Source of the DNA: Candidatus Hodarchaeota archaeon
GTDB lineage: Archaea; Asgardarchaeota; Heimdallarchaeia; Hodarchaeales; Hodarchaeaceae
Length of the DNA: 56,520 nucleotides
Reading direction: 5' to 3'
NCBI GenBank assembly: GCA_029856365.1
Contig: JAHQWW010000012.1
Coordinates: forward strand, 1 to 56,520
Part shown: piece after piece, positions 1 through 10,228 of the stretch
Numbering within the stretch: position 1 is the stretch's first letter
How the letters are laid out: every line of letters starts with the position of its first letter
Notes under the pieces: model-generated
What the model saw: the letters and a program-made list of their open reading frames with translations, nothing else
What the model was told of the DNA's origin: nothing
The model's database searches: none
Program-made: the position numbers and the translations under genes

Positions 1-17
1 GGACGTTAGGCGCATTA

Positions 18-1070
18 CTATGACGTTTTTTTCCTCCTGATAAGTGCAAATACAGTTAGAATTAAGGGTATCACCATGAATAAATCCCAACTGGCTGATT
101 TAGTACTAATTATCGAATAAAACCGTAGTTCCGATGTATCTGAGTCGTATTTAAGAATTGAGAATTGTGTATGGTGTCCTACAAGGTAGGCATAAGTTCC
201 ATCATAATACAAGCCATGAGAGCTAAAATCTTCTGGAGTTATTTTAAGACGACTAGGCTGAGCGGGATTACTGACATTTAAAACTTCAATTCTACCATAA
301 AAATTACCTACATAAAGAATATCATGGTCACCAGCGAGTGCATATACATCACCATCACTTGGGTATGCGCTGATAACATTCGGGATAGTGGGGTTGGTTA
401 TATTGATAATTCTGACTCCATTTGAATGGCATCCGAGATAAAGAAGGTTATCTACTCGCCATATATCCCATGCTCCTATGATTGGTAAAGTGTTGATGAT
501 TTGCGGATTAGATGGTTCTGTCCCATTAATTACTTCTAACCCTCTGTCTGGATCTGCTAGATAAAGTGTGGTGCCGACTACTTCGACATCCAAATCTCGA
601 TTACCAAGGTTGAACTGACCAACTAGAATTGGATTCATTGGATCCTGAACATCGATAATTTCTAAACCACCATTCATAAATGTAAGGAATGCAAGACTAT
701 TATTGATGGCTATTTGGTTACCTCCTCCTTTATTATACTCTCCAATAAGAGATGGATTTTCTGGATCATCACTTAAATCGAATATTTTCAGTCCAAATCC
801 TCCACTCACGTAGAGGAGATCCTTAACAATACTTACACCGAACGCTGTTTCATCGAATGGGAGATGGGTTAATTTTCTTGCATTTAGTTCAGGGAGAATT
901 TTATATATGGCTAAACCTCTAGTATTTGGAACATAGGCGATATCGTCCTTTATATCCACATCGGAACTTGGAATTGCTTTATTTTCGGAAAATAGTAAAA
1001 TTAATCCCAAAGTAGATGTGATTAAAGTCATTGTGATAACTAACGCTATTATGATCTTCTTAAAGTCCAT
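18..1070 (-). CDS. LVIVD-repeat beta-propeller surface protein with N-terminal TM/signal and C-terminal membrane anchor
   Basis: Repeated LxIxDVSDPxNP motifs (GLKIFDLSDDPENP, GLEIIDVQDPMNP, IEVLNVSNPAQP). C-terminal hydrophobic helix followed by RRKK. Start placed at MDFKK (ORF track starts at 1082). Confidence 0.85.
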   Translation of the reverse strand: MDFKKIIIALVITMTLITSTLGLILLFSENKAIPSSDVDIKDDIAYVPNTRGLAIYKILPELNARKLTHLPFDETAFGVSIVKDLLYVSGGFGLKIFDLSDDPENPSLIGEYNKGGGNQIAINNSLAFLTFMNGGLEIIDVQDPMNPILVGQFNLGNRDLDVEVVGTTLYLADPDRGLEVINGTEPSNPQIINTLPIIGAWDIWRVDNLLYLGCHSNGVRIINITNPTIPNVISAYPSDGDVYALAGDHDILYVGNFYGRIEVLNVSNPAQPSRLKITPEDFSSHGLYYDGTYAYLVGHHTQFSILKYDSDTSELRFYSIISTKSASWDLFMVIPLILTVFALIRRKKTS

Positions 1071-1240
1071 TTTATTCCACACAGAAATCGCAGTTAGGAG
1101 GTAATTTTATTAACATCTCTTCCTGCAACAAATACCCCCTCTCCTTAAACAACTGAGAAAAGAAGAGTAGGACGGGTCGAAAAAAATTAAAAGGGGTATT
1201 TAATATTAAAGAAATCCTAAGTATGAATGTGGTGACATAA

Positions 1241-2110
1241 TTGGTATTGTTTGATACAATCTGGACAGAAGTACTAAGGGATTTGTTTCCTTGGGCAAAG
1301 GATATTCTCAAACTGATCACTGAACTAGGATCGAACACTATTTATCTGGCAGTAATTCTTGTGATTTTCTGGGGAATCAATAAAAGATTTGCCAAAACAA
1401 CCGCCTTTGTCGTTGTAGGCTCGACAATATTAAATTATTGGCTCAAAGCTATCTTGAAACATCCTCGACCTAACCCCAGTCTGTGGTTAACTAGTACATC
1501 AAATTATAGCTTCCCCAGTGGCCATGCGCAGAGTTCAACTACATTCTATGGGTGGCTCAGTATAAAAATTAAAAAATGGTGGATGTTTATTGGGGGAACA
1601 TCATTGATTATCCTTATTGGGATTTCACGTATCTATTTAGGAGTGCATTGGCTAGGAGATGTGCTACTTGGGTGGGGAATTGGAATAGCGATTGTCATGT
1701 TGGTTTGGCGATTTGAACATCCCATAAGGAATTATCTCTCCCATTATAATACTTATTATTTATATATGGGACTAGCTCTATTAGGAGGAGTTGCGATTAT
1801 TCTTACGGAATTAATTCTCCCAGTTCCCACTGATAATTTTGGCGGAAGTGGAGGAATTGTTATTGGCTTAGCACTTGGATTAGCCCTGGAGAAGAAATTT
1901 GTTGATTTCAAAGTCAAAATTCCAGAGAAAAAGACATGGAAAATCATGTTGCGAATACTTATCGGGTTAATCCTAGTCCTAGTTTTGTACTATGGTTTAT
2001 CTCCATTCTTACCTTCTGAAGAGGTGCTACCGACAGCCCTCCGCTATTTTCTTGTTGCTTTAGTTGGAGCTTTTATTTGGCCTCTAATTTTTTCAAAGAT
2101 AGATCTTTAG
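1241..2110 (+). CDS. PAP2-family membrane phosphatase
   Basis: KxxxxxxRP (KAILKHPRP), PSGH and SRIYLGVHW motifs; multiple TM helices. Confidence 0.92.
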   Translation: MVLFDTIWTEVLRDLFPWAKDILKLITELGSNTIYLAVILVIFWGINKRFAKTTAFVVVGSTILNYWLKAILKHPRPNPSLWLTSTSNYSFPSGHAQSSTTFYGWLSIKIKKWWMFIGGTSLIILIGISRIYLGVHWLGDVLLGWGIGIAIVMLVWRFEHPIRNYLSHYNTYYLYMGLALLGGVAIILTELILPVPTDNFGGSGGIVIGLALGLALEKKFVDFKVKIPEKKTWKIMLRILIGLILVLVLYYGLSPFLPSEEVLPTALRYFLVALVGAFIWPLIFSKIDL

Positions 2111-2232
2111 GTAAATGTCACAGTATATTCTCCAGATCAACATAAAACTAATCAATTATTTTTAAAATGACATAAAGATTGATCTCAGCTGGTTTAGATT
2201 ACAAGAGTATATAGTAAACATGTCGTGTTTTT

Positions 2233-2760
2233 ATGAACAGCCGAAAAATCATTCAAACGTTAATATGGGAGTTAGAAAGGGGATTTCAAGAATTGATACA
2301 AACATTAATGGAAATTTCTAAGGAGGAGGCAAAATGGAAACCCACTGCTTGTTCTAGAACATTAGAAACAATTAGGCAATGGAATGAACAAGGAAATGAA
2401 TGGATTTCATCACAATCTCTTGACCCCATCTCTAACATCGAATTTAAAGTAGTCCACTTAGCACAATGTAAGCAAATGTATGATGAATATGCTTTTAGAG
2501 AGGGAATACTGACTTGGCATGATCTCGAATGTCCAGAGTGGCCACACTGCATTGATTATTTGAAAGAAACTCAAAAAAGATTAGTTGAAAGTCTTCAAAA
2601 TCAGACAGATGAACAATTGGATGACCTGGTTCGGACAAATTGGGGTGATATGTGGCCAATAAAACAAATAATCTCAACGATGACTCATCACGATATGTAT
2701 CATTTGGGTCAAATTTGTACGGTAAGGAACCTCTATAAAATGAGGAAAAATGGTAACTGA
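2233..2760 (+). CDS. DinB/YfiT-family protein
   Basis: N-terminal His (VVHLAQC) and C-terminal HHDMYHLGQI metal motif; four-helix-bundle size. Confidence 0.85.
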   Translation: MNSRKIIQTLIWELERGFQELIQTLMEISKEEAKWKPTACSRTLETIRQWNEQGNEWISSQSLDPISNIEFKVVHLAQCKQMYDEYAFREGILTWHDLECPEWPHCIDYLKETQKRLVESLQNQTDEQLDDLVRTNWGDMWPIKQIISTMTHHDMYHLGQICTVRNLYKMRKNGN

Positions 2761-2788
2761 AAAAAGCACTTAAACGCGTTCGGTCTCT

Positions 2789-2808
2789 TTTATCATCATA
2801 ATGATAAA
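2789..2808. promoter_or_regulatory. Perfect 8-bp inverted repeat (TTTATCAT-N4-ATGATAAA), possible operator next to a TATA-like box
   Basis: Palindrome lies directly before CTTAAATA (2811-2818), ~80 nt upstream of the tautomerase start. Confidence 0.35.
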
Positions 2809-2890
2809 GTCTTAAATATTTAGGAAATCAAGTAAGTAACAAGAGAATTGAAGATTAATATCGAACAATAAAGTTGATGAGGAGATATAT

Positions 2891-3097
2891 ATGCCTGTTG
2901 TCCATGTCCATATTTGGAAAGGGATCTCTGAAGAGAGAATTAAGGAAATAATTGAAGGTATTACGAATGTATTCGTGAAAATGGGGATTCCTACTCAAGC
3001 AGTAGAAGTCATTATTCACGAAATCCCTAAAGCTCATTGGGGTATTGAGGGGAAACCCGCAACTGAGTCCCGAAAAGATTCAAAACCACCAATCTAA
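2891..3097 (+). CDS. 4-oxalocrotonate tautomerase family (DmpI-like)
   Basis: Catalytic Pro after Met (MPVVHV), WGIEG motif, 68 aa, GAGGAG RBS. Confidence 0.92.
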   Translation: MPVVHVHIWKGISEERIKEIIEGITNVFVKMGIPTQAVEVIIHEIPKAHWGIEGKPATESRKDSKPPI

Positions 3098-3201
3098 TTC
3101 AGCTTAAGGAAAGATTTTAAACCGAAAAATGATTTTTTTAAATTCTTTTTAGAGCAGTAGCAGCTCTAACATTATAACTTGGTTAATAAGATAAACATAG
3201 T

Positions 3202-4029
3202 TTAGAAATTCTCAATTGATTGTTCAGAACGTATAGCTTGTATTACTGTGGCAAACTCCAGATCCAAATCTAATAAAGCTTTTTTTCCTCGCACTGTTAA
3301 ATCGCTAATAAATTGGAATTGATCACGAGCATCAATAGGATAAGCTTTCAGTTTATAATGTGTTCCCCAGGGCTTTTCCTTGACAATAATCTCAACGGGT
3401 TTTTTCAACTGTAGAAAAGGACTTGTTATAGCCACATCATATAGTATTCGCTTGATTAATGTAGCATCGTGTTTTGGGTTTAAGTAGAAATCTGTTACAG
3501 AAAGTAGCTCTCTACTTCCACTAGTGGAGTTAAAGATAGGACTATCCCACATTCTTAATTGTGGAATACGTACAATATTATCATCAGGTGTTCGGAGTTC
3601 TAGTGATCTTAAACCGATTGAAACAACCTCTCCATAAATTCCATTGATTTCGATCCAATCACCAGGCCGATAGGGCATTTCATACAGTGTCACAATACCT
3701 GCAATCAAACTACTAATGTATTCCTTAAGAGCGAAACCAAGAGCAATTCCCATAGCTCCCAAAAATGCAATAAGGTTTTCAGTTGTAGGAATGATGATAA
3801 GAGGGAAGATGATGATAAAAACACCGACAATTATAATTAAGCGTAAGATTGGCATGAGAGCCAATATATACAATCTGCGTTTTCCAGAAAATTTATTAGC
3901 TAAAAAAGGGATCCAATAACGATTTAGCTTCATAACAAGCCATGAAATGGTTAGGATTGCAATGATGAAGAGAATTTCAGTGCTTGTCAAAGATCTAAAA
4001 AATAAAATTTCCCCATTTTGATAAATCAT
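3202..4029 (-). CDS. mscS: MscS-family mechanosensitive channel
   Basis: GIALGFALKEYISSLIAG, PYRPGDWIEI and GEVVSIGLRS motifs. Confidence 0.92.
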   Translation of the reverse strand: MIYQNGEILFFRSLTSTEILFIIAILTISWLVMKLNRYWIPFLANKFSGKRRLYILALMPILRLIIIVGVFIIIFPLIIIPTTENLIAFLGAMGIALGFALKEYISSLIAGIVTLYEMPYRPGDWIEINGIYGEVVSIGLRSLELRTPDDNIVRIPQLRMWDSPIFNSTSGSRELLSVTDFYLNPKHDATLIKRILYDVAITSPFLQLKKPVEIIVKEKPWGTHYKLKAYPIDARDQFQFISDLTVRGKKALLDLDLEFATVIQAIRSEQSIENF

Positions 4030-4042
4030 CCTATTTTATCTC

Positions 4043-5293
4043 CTAGATATCATCAATTAAGTAACCTTCACTATTTAAAAATTCTCTTATCCTTGGGTAA
4101 GCTATGGCTGATACAATCCAATTATCTCCCCTATTTTCAATCAATCCTAAACGTTTCAATTTATTGAGACTTTGTGTCACTTCTTCTAGCGATATAGGTA
4201 AGATCTGGGATAATAATTCAATCGAAAGACCGTTATGGAGCAATACCGCGTGGAATACATGGGATTCATTTCTTTTAACGCTTTCAGGTATGATTGGGAG
4301 TTCAACTTTTTCCCAAGGCAACACCCAGATGGTTCGCCGCTTATTCCTTGGATCCATTTCCAACTCGTCTTCTTTCAATAGTAATTCTTCATCAGGATCT
4401 GTACGTAGACTGGTACGCCAGATTTCCCAACTAACGAGTGGAATACCAGAACTATACCCTGCTAAGTTCTTTAAGAAGTTATTATCATACCTAGGTTGCT
4501 TTTTTGCATCTTCTATTGGAACTTCTGAACTCAATACATATTTTCCTGTAGTTGTTTCCCTGAAAAAAAGATCTCTTCGTGTTGATTGCCTGAACAACGA
4601 TTTAAGCCATATATTCAATCTTTCATAATCAAGAGCTTTGAGTACCAATATTGTACGGGCATAAGTGTCAATTTTCATTGTATGTTTTAGATAAGTCCAA
4701 GCCCAACTATCTATTCCCATTACGCATTGACAAGAATTTGACCATAACCAGTCAAATAATTCTCGTATAAGTCTAAGTCCTTTTACATGACGTAAATAAT
4801 AGTGTTCAAGATTTGGTAAGACAAATGGAGTGTCCTTACCTTTGATATAATGCTCAATCCAATTCAAGTCATCGTTTAGAATTTCAGTTCTAGGTGGGGG
4901 ATCAAGGATTAACCAACATTGATCTTTTCCCCAAATTGTCAATATTTCTTGGGTGCCTCCAAATGGGTGACATAATACAACGGCAACATTACCTTTAGAA
5001 GCCCCAGATTTTACCCATTCGTCCAAAGCTAAGTTTAACGCATTTACAGCTCCAGTCCAATCTGGAGAGGGAACAATCCGGTCTAATTTCGTTAAAGGAA
5101 TTACGGTCAATTCCTTTTGAGTCAAAGGTAGGTCTGTACTCTCTTTAGTGGGCCATAATTTCTGAAATACTCCTATAATTCCTTGCCTTACCGTCTCTTC
5201 GAGTGGTTTTGGGGGTTTTATATATTGATTTATAGGTATAAATTGCCATAACTGTGTTGGATCTATAATTTGAACCTTGGAGTTAGTCATCAC
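4043..5293 (-). CDS. MscS-associated protein: degenerate P-loop/AAA-like domain with C-terminal winged HTH
   Basis: Walker-A-like site VVLCHPFGGTQEIL lacks GK[ST]. SSGIP helix motif. C-terminal wHTH (LSIELLSQIL..VTQSLNKLKRLGLIE). 13 bp upstream of mscS on the same strand. Confidence 0.55.
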   Translation of the reverse strand: MMTNSKVQIIDPTQLWQFIPINQYIKPPKPLEETVRQGIIGVFQKLWPTKESTDLPLTQKELTVIPLTKLDRIVPSPDWTGAVNALNLALDEWVKSGASKGNVAVVLCHPFGGTQEILTIWGKDQCWLILDPPPRTEILNDDLNWIEHYIKGKDTPFVLPNLEHYYLRHVKGLRLIRELFDWLWSNSCQCVMGIDSWAWTYLKHTMKIDTYARTILVLKALDYERLNIWLKSLFRQSTRRDLFFRETTTGKYVLSSEVPIEDAKKQPRYDNNFLKNLAGYSSGIPLVSWEIWRTSLRTDPDEELLLKEDELEMDPRNKRRTIWVLPWEKVELPIIPESVKRNESHVFHAVLLHNGLSIELLSQILPISLEEVTQSLNKLKRLGLIENRGDNWIVSAIAYPRIREFLNSEGYLIDDI

Positions 5294-5359
5294 GTAGGTT
5301 TCCCTAAAAACAACTTAAATAAGAAAAAATATGATAAGAACTTAGGTTAAGATTCGTTG

Positions 5360-5731
5360 TTACGTTTTCAGTCTTTTTTCAGTTTCTTTTCGTTTCTTCT
5401 CAGCTTCCTTCTTCACTTCTTCCTCCTCTTTTTTAGCTTTCTTCTCAGCTTCCTTACGTTTGTGTTCAGCTTCTTTCTTTTGTTTCTCCTCTTCTTTTTT
5501 AGCTTTCTTCTCAGCTTCCTTACGTTTATGTTCAGCTTCTTTCTTTTGTTTCTTCTCTTCTTCTTCACGTTTCTTGCTTGCTTCTTGTGCTTTCTTCTCA
5601 GCTTCCTTCTCTTTCACTTCTGCTTCTTTTCTTTTTTTCATTGATTTTTTCTCAAACTCTTCTGCTTCTTTCAGTTTTTTCATTGCTTCCTGCTTCTTTT
5701 TCTCCGCCTCTTTCTTCTTTTTTTCACTCAT
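5360..5731 (-). CDS. Lys/Glu-rich single-alpha-helix (ER/K) low-complexity protein
   Basis: 123 aa, nearly all K/E/A/R/Q; GGATGGTG RBS-like sequence upstream; internal repeat. Confidence 0.7.
   Translation of the reverse strand: MSEKKKKEAEKKKQEAMKKLKEAEEFEKKSMKKRKEAEVKEKEAEKKAQEASKKREEEEKKQKKEAEHKRKEAEKKAKKEEEKQKKEAEHKRKEAEKKAKKEEEEVKKEAEKKRKETEKRLKT
5430..5560. repeat. Intragenic tandem repeat, 66-bp period, ~2 copies
   Basis: TAGCTTTCTTCTCAGCTTCCTTACGTTT recurs at ~5434 and ~5500; encodes KQKKEAEHKRKEAEKKAKKEEE twice. Confidence 0.85.
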
Positions 5732-6020
5732 TCAAAAAACACCATCCTATTTAGTTCTAGGAAATTCATGTCATCATGGTATAAAAGCATTGTATATAAT
5801 TTCTCGTAGAAAATTAAGGAATTATGATTCTATATATCACTAATAAAGCTCTTAATTTCGGTATAGATGAGAAAGAAATATATCTATTTCTAAAATGCTT
5901 TTCTAAACTAAAGGAAAAAATTTTTTATGTATAATTTATGAGATTAAATCCTTGCTAGGATAAAATTTTTAAGAAAATAACATCTACTAGCCATTATATC
6001 AAAGAAGGATATGAACTCTG

Positions 6021-6449
6021 TTGGTGACAAATAAATTATTAGAGATGTTAAATGAGACAATCTCAAAGGAGATGCAAGTTTCTATTCAATACATGTGGCA
6101 ACATGTATTATGGAGAAGCCCAAAACATTATGCCATTAAGGAAGAGTTTAGAAAGATTGCTATTGAAGAAATGGGTCATGCTGAAAAGACAGCGGAAAGA
6201 TTATTTTATCTAGGTGAAGAACCAACAACAAAACCCGCTCCAATATCCTTAGGGGGAAATCTAAAAGAAATGCTCGAAAATAATAGTAATGCAGAAAAAA
6301 AAACAATAGAATTTAACAAGCGAATAATTAAACAAGCCCAAACAAACAATGATGTAACAACAGCTTTCATTTTTCAAGAAATTTTAGATGAGGAGGAAGA
6401 ACATCATGATACCTTCCAAAGTCTTCTTGAAGCGGATGATTCCATTTAA
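6021..6449 (+). CDS. Ferritin-like / bacterioferritin-type diiron protein
   Basis: ExxxxxQY, EEMGHAE and EEEEHH ferroxidase-type motifs. Confidence 0.9.
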   Translation: MVTNKLLEMLNETISKEMQVSIQYMWQHVLWRSPKHYAIKEEFRKIAIEEMGHAEKTAERLFYLGEEPTTKPAPISLGGNLKEMLENNSNAEKKTIEFNKRIIKQAQTNNDVTTAFIFQEILDEEEEHHDTFQSLLEADDSI

Positions 6450-6637
6450 AGAGATGAGTATAATATCTATCTATGTACCTACATTTCGATTATGCCAAAA
6501 TTATAATTGGAAATCGACAGATCGGACAAAAAGCAGGTCTCTTCTTCTTTTTAGTTAATTAAGAAATTTGATTTTGATTGAATGTTCTGACCCACAGATG
6601 AAGTTGAAAATAAATTTGGATAAGGAGATAAAATCTA

Positions 6638-7735
6638 TTGTTCCAAGTAGTTCAAACAGGACCAAAAAGAATTCCATCAATTCTAAAAAAAAGAAAAAAG
6701 AAAGTAGGTCTTCCTCCTGGTACTCCCATTTTTATTGGTCGTATAAAAACAGAAGAGATAAAGATAACTGTTTTAGATTATGATGAAATTAAATGTGAAG
6801 AAAAAGAAGTTAAGACAGTAGAAGAATGTTTACCTTTTAAGGCAAGACCAACTATAACATGGATTAATATTGATGGACTGCATGACATTACTACTTTAGA
6901 AAAGTTTGGAGAACATTTTAATTTACATCCTTTATTATTAGAAGATATTCTCAACACAGATCAACGGCCAAAAATTGATGATTATGAAAATCATCTCTAT
7001 GTAGTTTTAAAAATGCTTAATTACAACGAGGAACGAAAAAGTGTTATCATTGAACAAGTTAGTTTAATTCTTGGAGAAAATTACGTTTTGTCTTTTCAAG
7101 AAAGACCCGAAGATGTTTTTGATCCCATTCGTGAACGTATAAAAGGGAAAAAAGGGAAGATCCGATCCTATGGTGCAGATCACCTTTTTTACGCACTAAT
7201 TGATGTTATTGTCGATAATTATTTCTTAATTCTAGAAAAATTAAGTGAGCGAATTGAATTTTTGGAAGAAGAGGTGGTTAAAGCTCCAGGAACTGAGACT
7301 TTACAAATAATCCATTCTCTAAAAACCAATATCATTTTCATACGTAAGGCTGTGTGGCCCTTAAGAGAATTAATTAGCCGATTAGAACGTGGGGGATCAG
7401 TATTGATACAAGCTGAAACCTCAAAGTACATTAGAGACGTTTATGACCATACTATCCAAGTGATCGACACAGTGGAAACGCTCCGAGATATTGTTTCAGG
7501 TATGCTTGACATTTATCTTTCCAGTATTAGCAATAAAATGAATGAAGTAATGAAAGTGCTTACCATTATCGCTACAATCGTTATTCCAATGACAGTAGTT
7601 TCTGGAATCTATGGAATGAATTTTCAGCTTATGCCTGAATTAGCTTGGCCTATTGGTTATCCTATGGCTCTTTCTTTGATGTTATTGGTTGCTATAATCA
7701 TGTTAAGTTATTTCTGGAAGAAAGGTTGGTTGTGA
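6638..7735 (+). CDS. corA: Magnesium/cobalt transporter CorA
   Basis: GLPPG N-terminus, QRPK, YGMNF signature, MPEL loop, KKGWL C-terminus. Confidence 0.97.
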   Translation: MFQVVQTGPKRIPSILKKRKKKVGLPPGTPIFIGRIKTEEIKITVLDYDEIKCEEKEVKTVEECLPFKARPTITWINIDGLHDITTLEKFGEHFNLHPLLLEDILNTDQRPKIDDYENHLYVVLKMLNYNEERKSVIIEQVSLILGENYVLSFQERPEDVFDPIRERIKGKKGKIRSYGADHLFYALIDVIVDNYFLILEKLSERIEFLEEEVVKAPGTETLQIIHSLKTNIIFIRKAVWPLRELISRLERGGSVLIQAETSKYIRDVYDHTIQVIDTVETLRDIVSGMLDIYLSSISNKMNEVMKVLTIIATIVIPMTVVSGIYGMNFQLMPELAWPIGYPMALSLMLLVAIIMLSYFWKKGWL

Positions 7736-7778
7736 CTGACGTACATTGTCATGGAGTGACATTTGACTTTCTTTAACC
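7695..7778 (+). repeat. Direct repeat copy 1 (corA 3' end plus downstream flank)
   Basis: 84 bp; ungapped match to 16646-16729 with 8 mismatches. Confidence 0.92.
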
Positions 7779-7976
7779 ATCGGAACGGTGGATAAAACTA
7801 GTAGAGTAACAAAAAATTGTAATGAGTCTTAATTCAATAATTTTTAGAATATAGGTTCAGGATAAATCCATTTAATTCTTTTGGGAATAATTCTAAAACG
7901 GTTTAGTTATAGGGAAATTCTTGAAATAACTATTTGGTATCAATGAAATATTTTTAAGGGTACAAATAATCTAAAA

Positions 7977-8417
7977 ATGATCATGGCTAATCGTTTACGT
8001 GTCGCTTATTTAGAGAGATGTATAGGTTGTTATCAATGTGTGTTAGCTTGTGCTCGGGTGAACGAAAAATCATTATCTGTGGATAGATCATCCATAAAAG
8101 TCAAAACTATAGGAGGATATGAGGGTAGTTTTGCAATAATCGTATGTAGAGGATGCTTAGAACCTCCTTGTGTACCTGTATGTCCAATTGAAGGAGCAAT
8201 TCGTGCTAGGAGTCAAGGTGGAGGAATTTTGGTGAATAGGAAGATATGTGACTCGACAAAATGCCACCAAGAATGCGTAACAGCATGTCCAATCCCAGGT
8301 GCCATACATATTGACCAAGAGCTTAAGAATGCGATAGTATGTCGACAATGTAGTACCTGTACAAAATTTTGTCCTACTGGAGTATTAATAATGGAGGAAC
8401 CCAAACTCGGATTCTAG
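7977..8417 (+). CDS. 4Fe-4S polyferredoxin, small subunit of the adjacent AOR-family enzyme
   Basis: CIGCYQCVLAC, CRGCLEPPCVPVCP and CRQCSTCTKFCP Cys clusters; immediately upstream of the AOR gene. Confidence 0.92.
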   Translation: MIMANRLRVAYLERCIGCYQCVLACARVNEKSLSVDRSSIKVKTIGGYEGSFAIIVCRGCLEPPCVPVCPIEGAIRARSQGGGILVNRKICDSTKCHQECVTACPIPGAIHIDQELKNAIVCRQCSTCTKFCPTGVLIMEEPKLGF

Positions 8418-8428
8418 AGGATAAAACA

Positions 8429-10228
8429 ATGTCTTCCATACCTCAGGATATTTTAGAAATAAATCTGACCACCCAAGAAGTACAGCGATACTCAAGACCT
8501 GAATTATTTGAAAAATGGATCGGGGGATTAGGAGTTGCCATAAATCTCTTGAATGAACATGTTCCTCCTAATGCGGATTCTTTAGGTCCTGAAAATGCTG
8601 TTATTTTCGCAATTGGTTCGTTAAATACTTTTTTTCCAATTATTTCTAAAACAGTTGTTACCTTTAAAAGCCCTCTTACAGGCGACTTAGGAGAATCTTA
8701 TGCTGGAGGACGATTGTCTCTTGCCATGAGATTTTCTGGTCTTGGAGCTATCATTATTAAAGGTACAGCAGAAAAATCTAGCTATATTACAATCGTTGAT
8801 GATCAGGTTGAGATTAAGCGAGCGGGTCCTCTTGCATATATGTATACAACAACACTCGGGCGTGTCTTACGGGAACTTATACCCGTGGGACCAGGGAGAA
8901 GATCATCAATTCGTATTGGGCCAGCAAGTGAAAATCTCGTAAAATATGGCAATGTTGTAGTTGACAGCTTTCGTCACTTTGGGAGATTAGGATGTGGTAC
9001 AGTACTAGGTGCAAAAAAAATCAAAGCCATAGTGATAAGTGGTGAGAAAGATCTTTCCTTAGAAGAACTTATGCCTGATAGACGCGTCTATCTTAAGACC
9101 TATCAAACGATTTGGGATTCCTGCGTTAAAACTGATGTAATGAAGAAGTATCATGTCTTGGGGACTGCCCAAAATATATTACCACTAAATGAATTAAATG
9201 CTCTTCCGACGAGGAATTTCATGAAAGGGAGATTTGAGCATGCAATTGATATTTCAGGAGAAAAATTTGCTGAAGCCTATCTTGGAAGACGTGTCGCCTG
9301 TAATACGTGTCCTGTAGGATGTATTCATGTTGCCATTCTTCGTGAAAGATATGGAGTCGATTCACCTGCTGATATCCATTCTATTGCAGTTCCATATGAT
9401 CACGAACCTATAGGTATGTTAGGATCAACCTTAGAATTAGGTAACGGGATTCAAGTCCTTAAATTGATAGAACAAAGCGAAAAATTTGGTATTGATGCCA
9501 TAACAGTGGGAGTTATCCTTGGTTGGTTAGCAGAAGCCTATGAAAAAGGAATTATCAATGATTCTGATACAAATGCACAGCCTATTCGATTCGGGCATTT
9601 AGATGATTTTATTTCGGTTATTAAGAATATAGCTAATCGTGATCCTAATATAAAAGATCTTTATTGGTTGGCAGGAGAAGGACTGAATGCTTTAGTTGAG
9701 AGATATAGTGATGGAAAGCATTTTGCTGTTTGTTTTAATAATAATCCCCCTGCTGCATACTCTACTGGGCCATATAATGTAATTGGACATATAATAGGAG
9801 GCAGACATTCTCATCTGGACAATGCAGGGTATTCCTATGATCAAAAAACCATTGGAAAAACCGTTGAACCAGATGAAGCAATCTCTAAGTTATGTAAAGA
9901 GGAAGAATGGCGCAATATTCTAAATTCCTTAATAGTTTGTCTTTTTGCCCGAAATTTGTATACTCCTTCTCTCGTTTCCGAATGTTTAGGGAATCTGGGG
10001 ATCTTAAAAACAGAGAGAGAACTACTTAATCTTGGATTGGAAATTCAAAAAATAAGACTAAAAACTAAATTTCAATTTGGATATCAACTTCAAAGAATAC
10101 GAGATAGACTTCCCAGGCGAATTTATGAAATGCCAACTGGTCATGGCATTTTATCAGAAAACAGCATAAAAAAACTCTTGGATGCTTATGAAGATATGTT
10201 GAGAACACGTTATGAATTAAAAATATAG
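8429..10228 (+). CDS. Tungsten/molybdopterin aldehyde:ferredoxin oxidoreductase family (possibly GorL-like GAP oxidoreductase)
   Basis: KSPLTG, IGPASENLV, RHFGRLG, CNTCPVGC and HSHLDNAGYS motifs. Start moved to ATG 8429 behind GAGG. Confidence 0.9.
   Translation: MSSIPQDILEINLTTQEVQRYSRPELFEKWIGGLGVAINLLNEHVPPNADSLGPENAVIFAIGSLNTFFPIISKTVVTFKSPLTGDLGESYAGGRLSLAMRFSGLGAIIIKGTAEKSSYITIVDDQVEIKRAGPLAYMYTTTLGRVLRELIPVGPGRRSSIRIGPASENLVKYGNVVVDSFRHFGRLGCGTVLGAKKIKAIVISGEKDLSLEELMPDRRVYLKTYQTIWDSCVKTDVMKKYHVLGTAQNILPLNELNALPTRNFMKGRFEHAIDISGEKFAEAYLGRRVACNTCPVGCIHVAILRERYGVDSPADIHSIAVPYDHEPIGMLGSTLELGNGIQVLKLIEQSEKFGIDAITVGVILGWLAEAYEKGIINDSDTNAQPIRFGHLDDFISVIKNIANRDPNIKDLYWLAGEGLNALVERYSDGKHFAVCFNNNPPAAYSTGPYNVIGHIIGGRHSHLDNAGYSYDQKTIGKTVEPDEAISKLCKEEEWRNILNSLIVCLFARNLYTPSLVSECLGNLGILKTERELLNLGLEIQKIRLKTKFQFGYQLQRIRDRLPRRIYEMPTGHGILSENSIKKLLDAYEDMLRTRYELKI

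Noticed and set aside
5430-5560. Possible CRISPR array
   Set aside because: Contiguous in-frame 66-bp coding repeat with no unique spacers, and no cas genes in the window.
5357-5843. Phe/Ser/Leu-rich + strand ORFs (5357-5644, 5460-5843)
   Set aside because: Antisense shadows of the K/E-rich gene.
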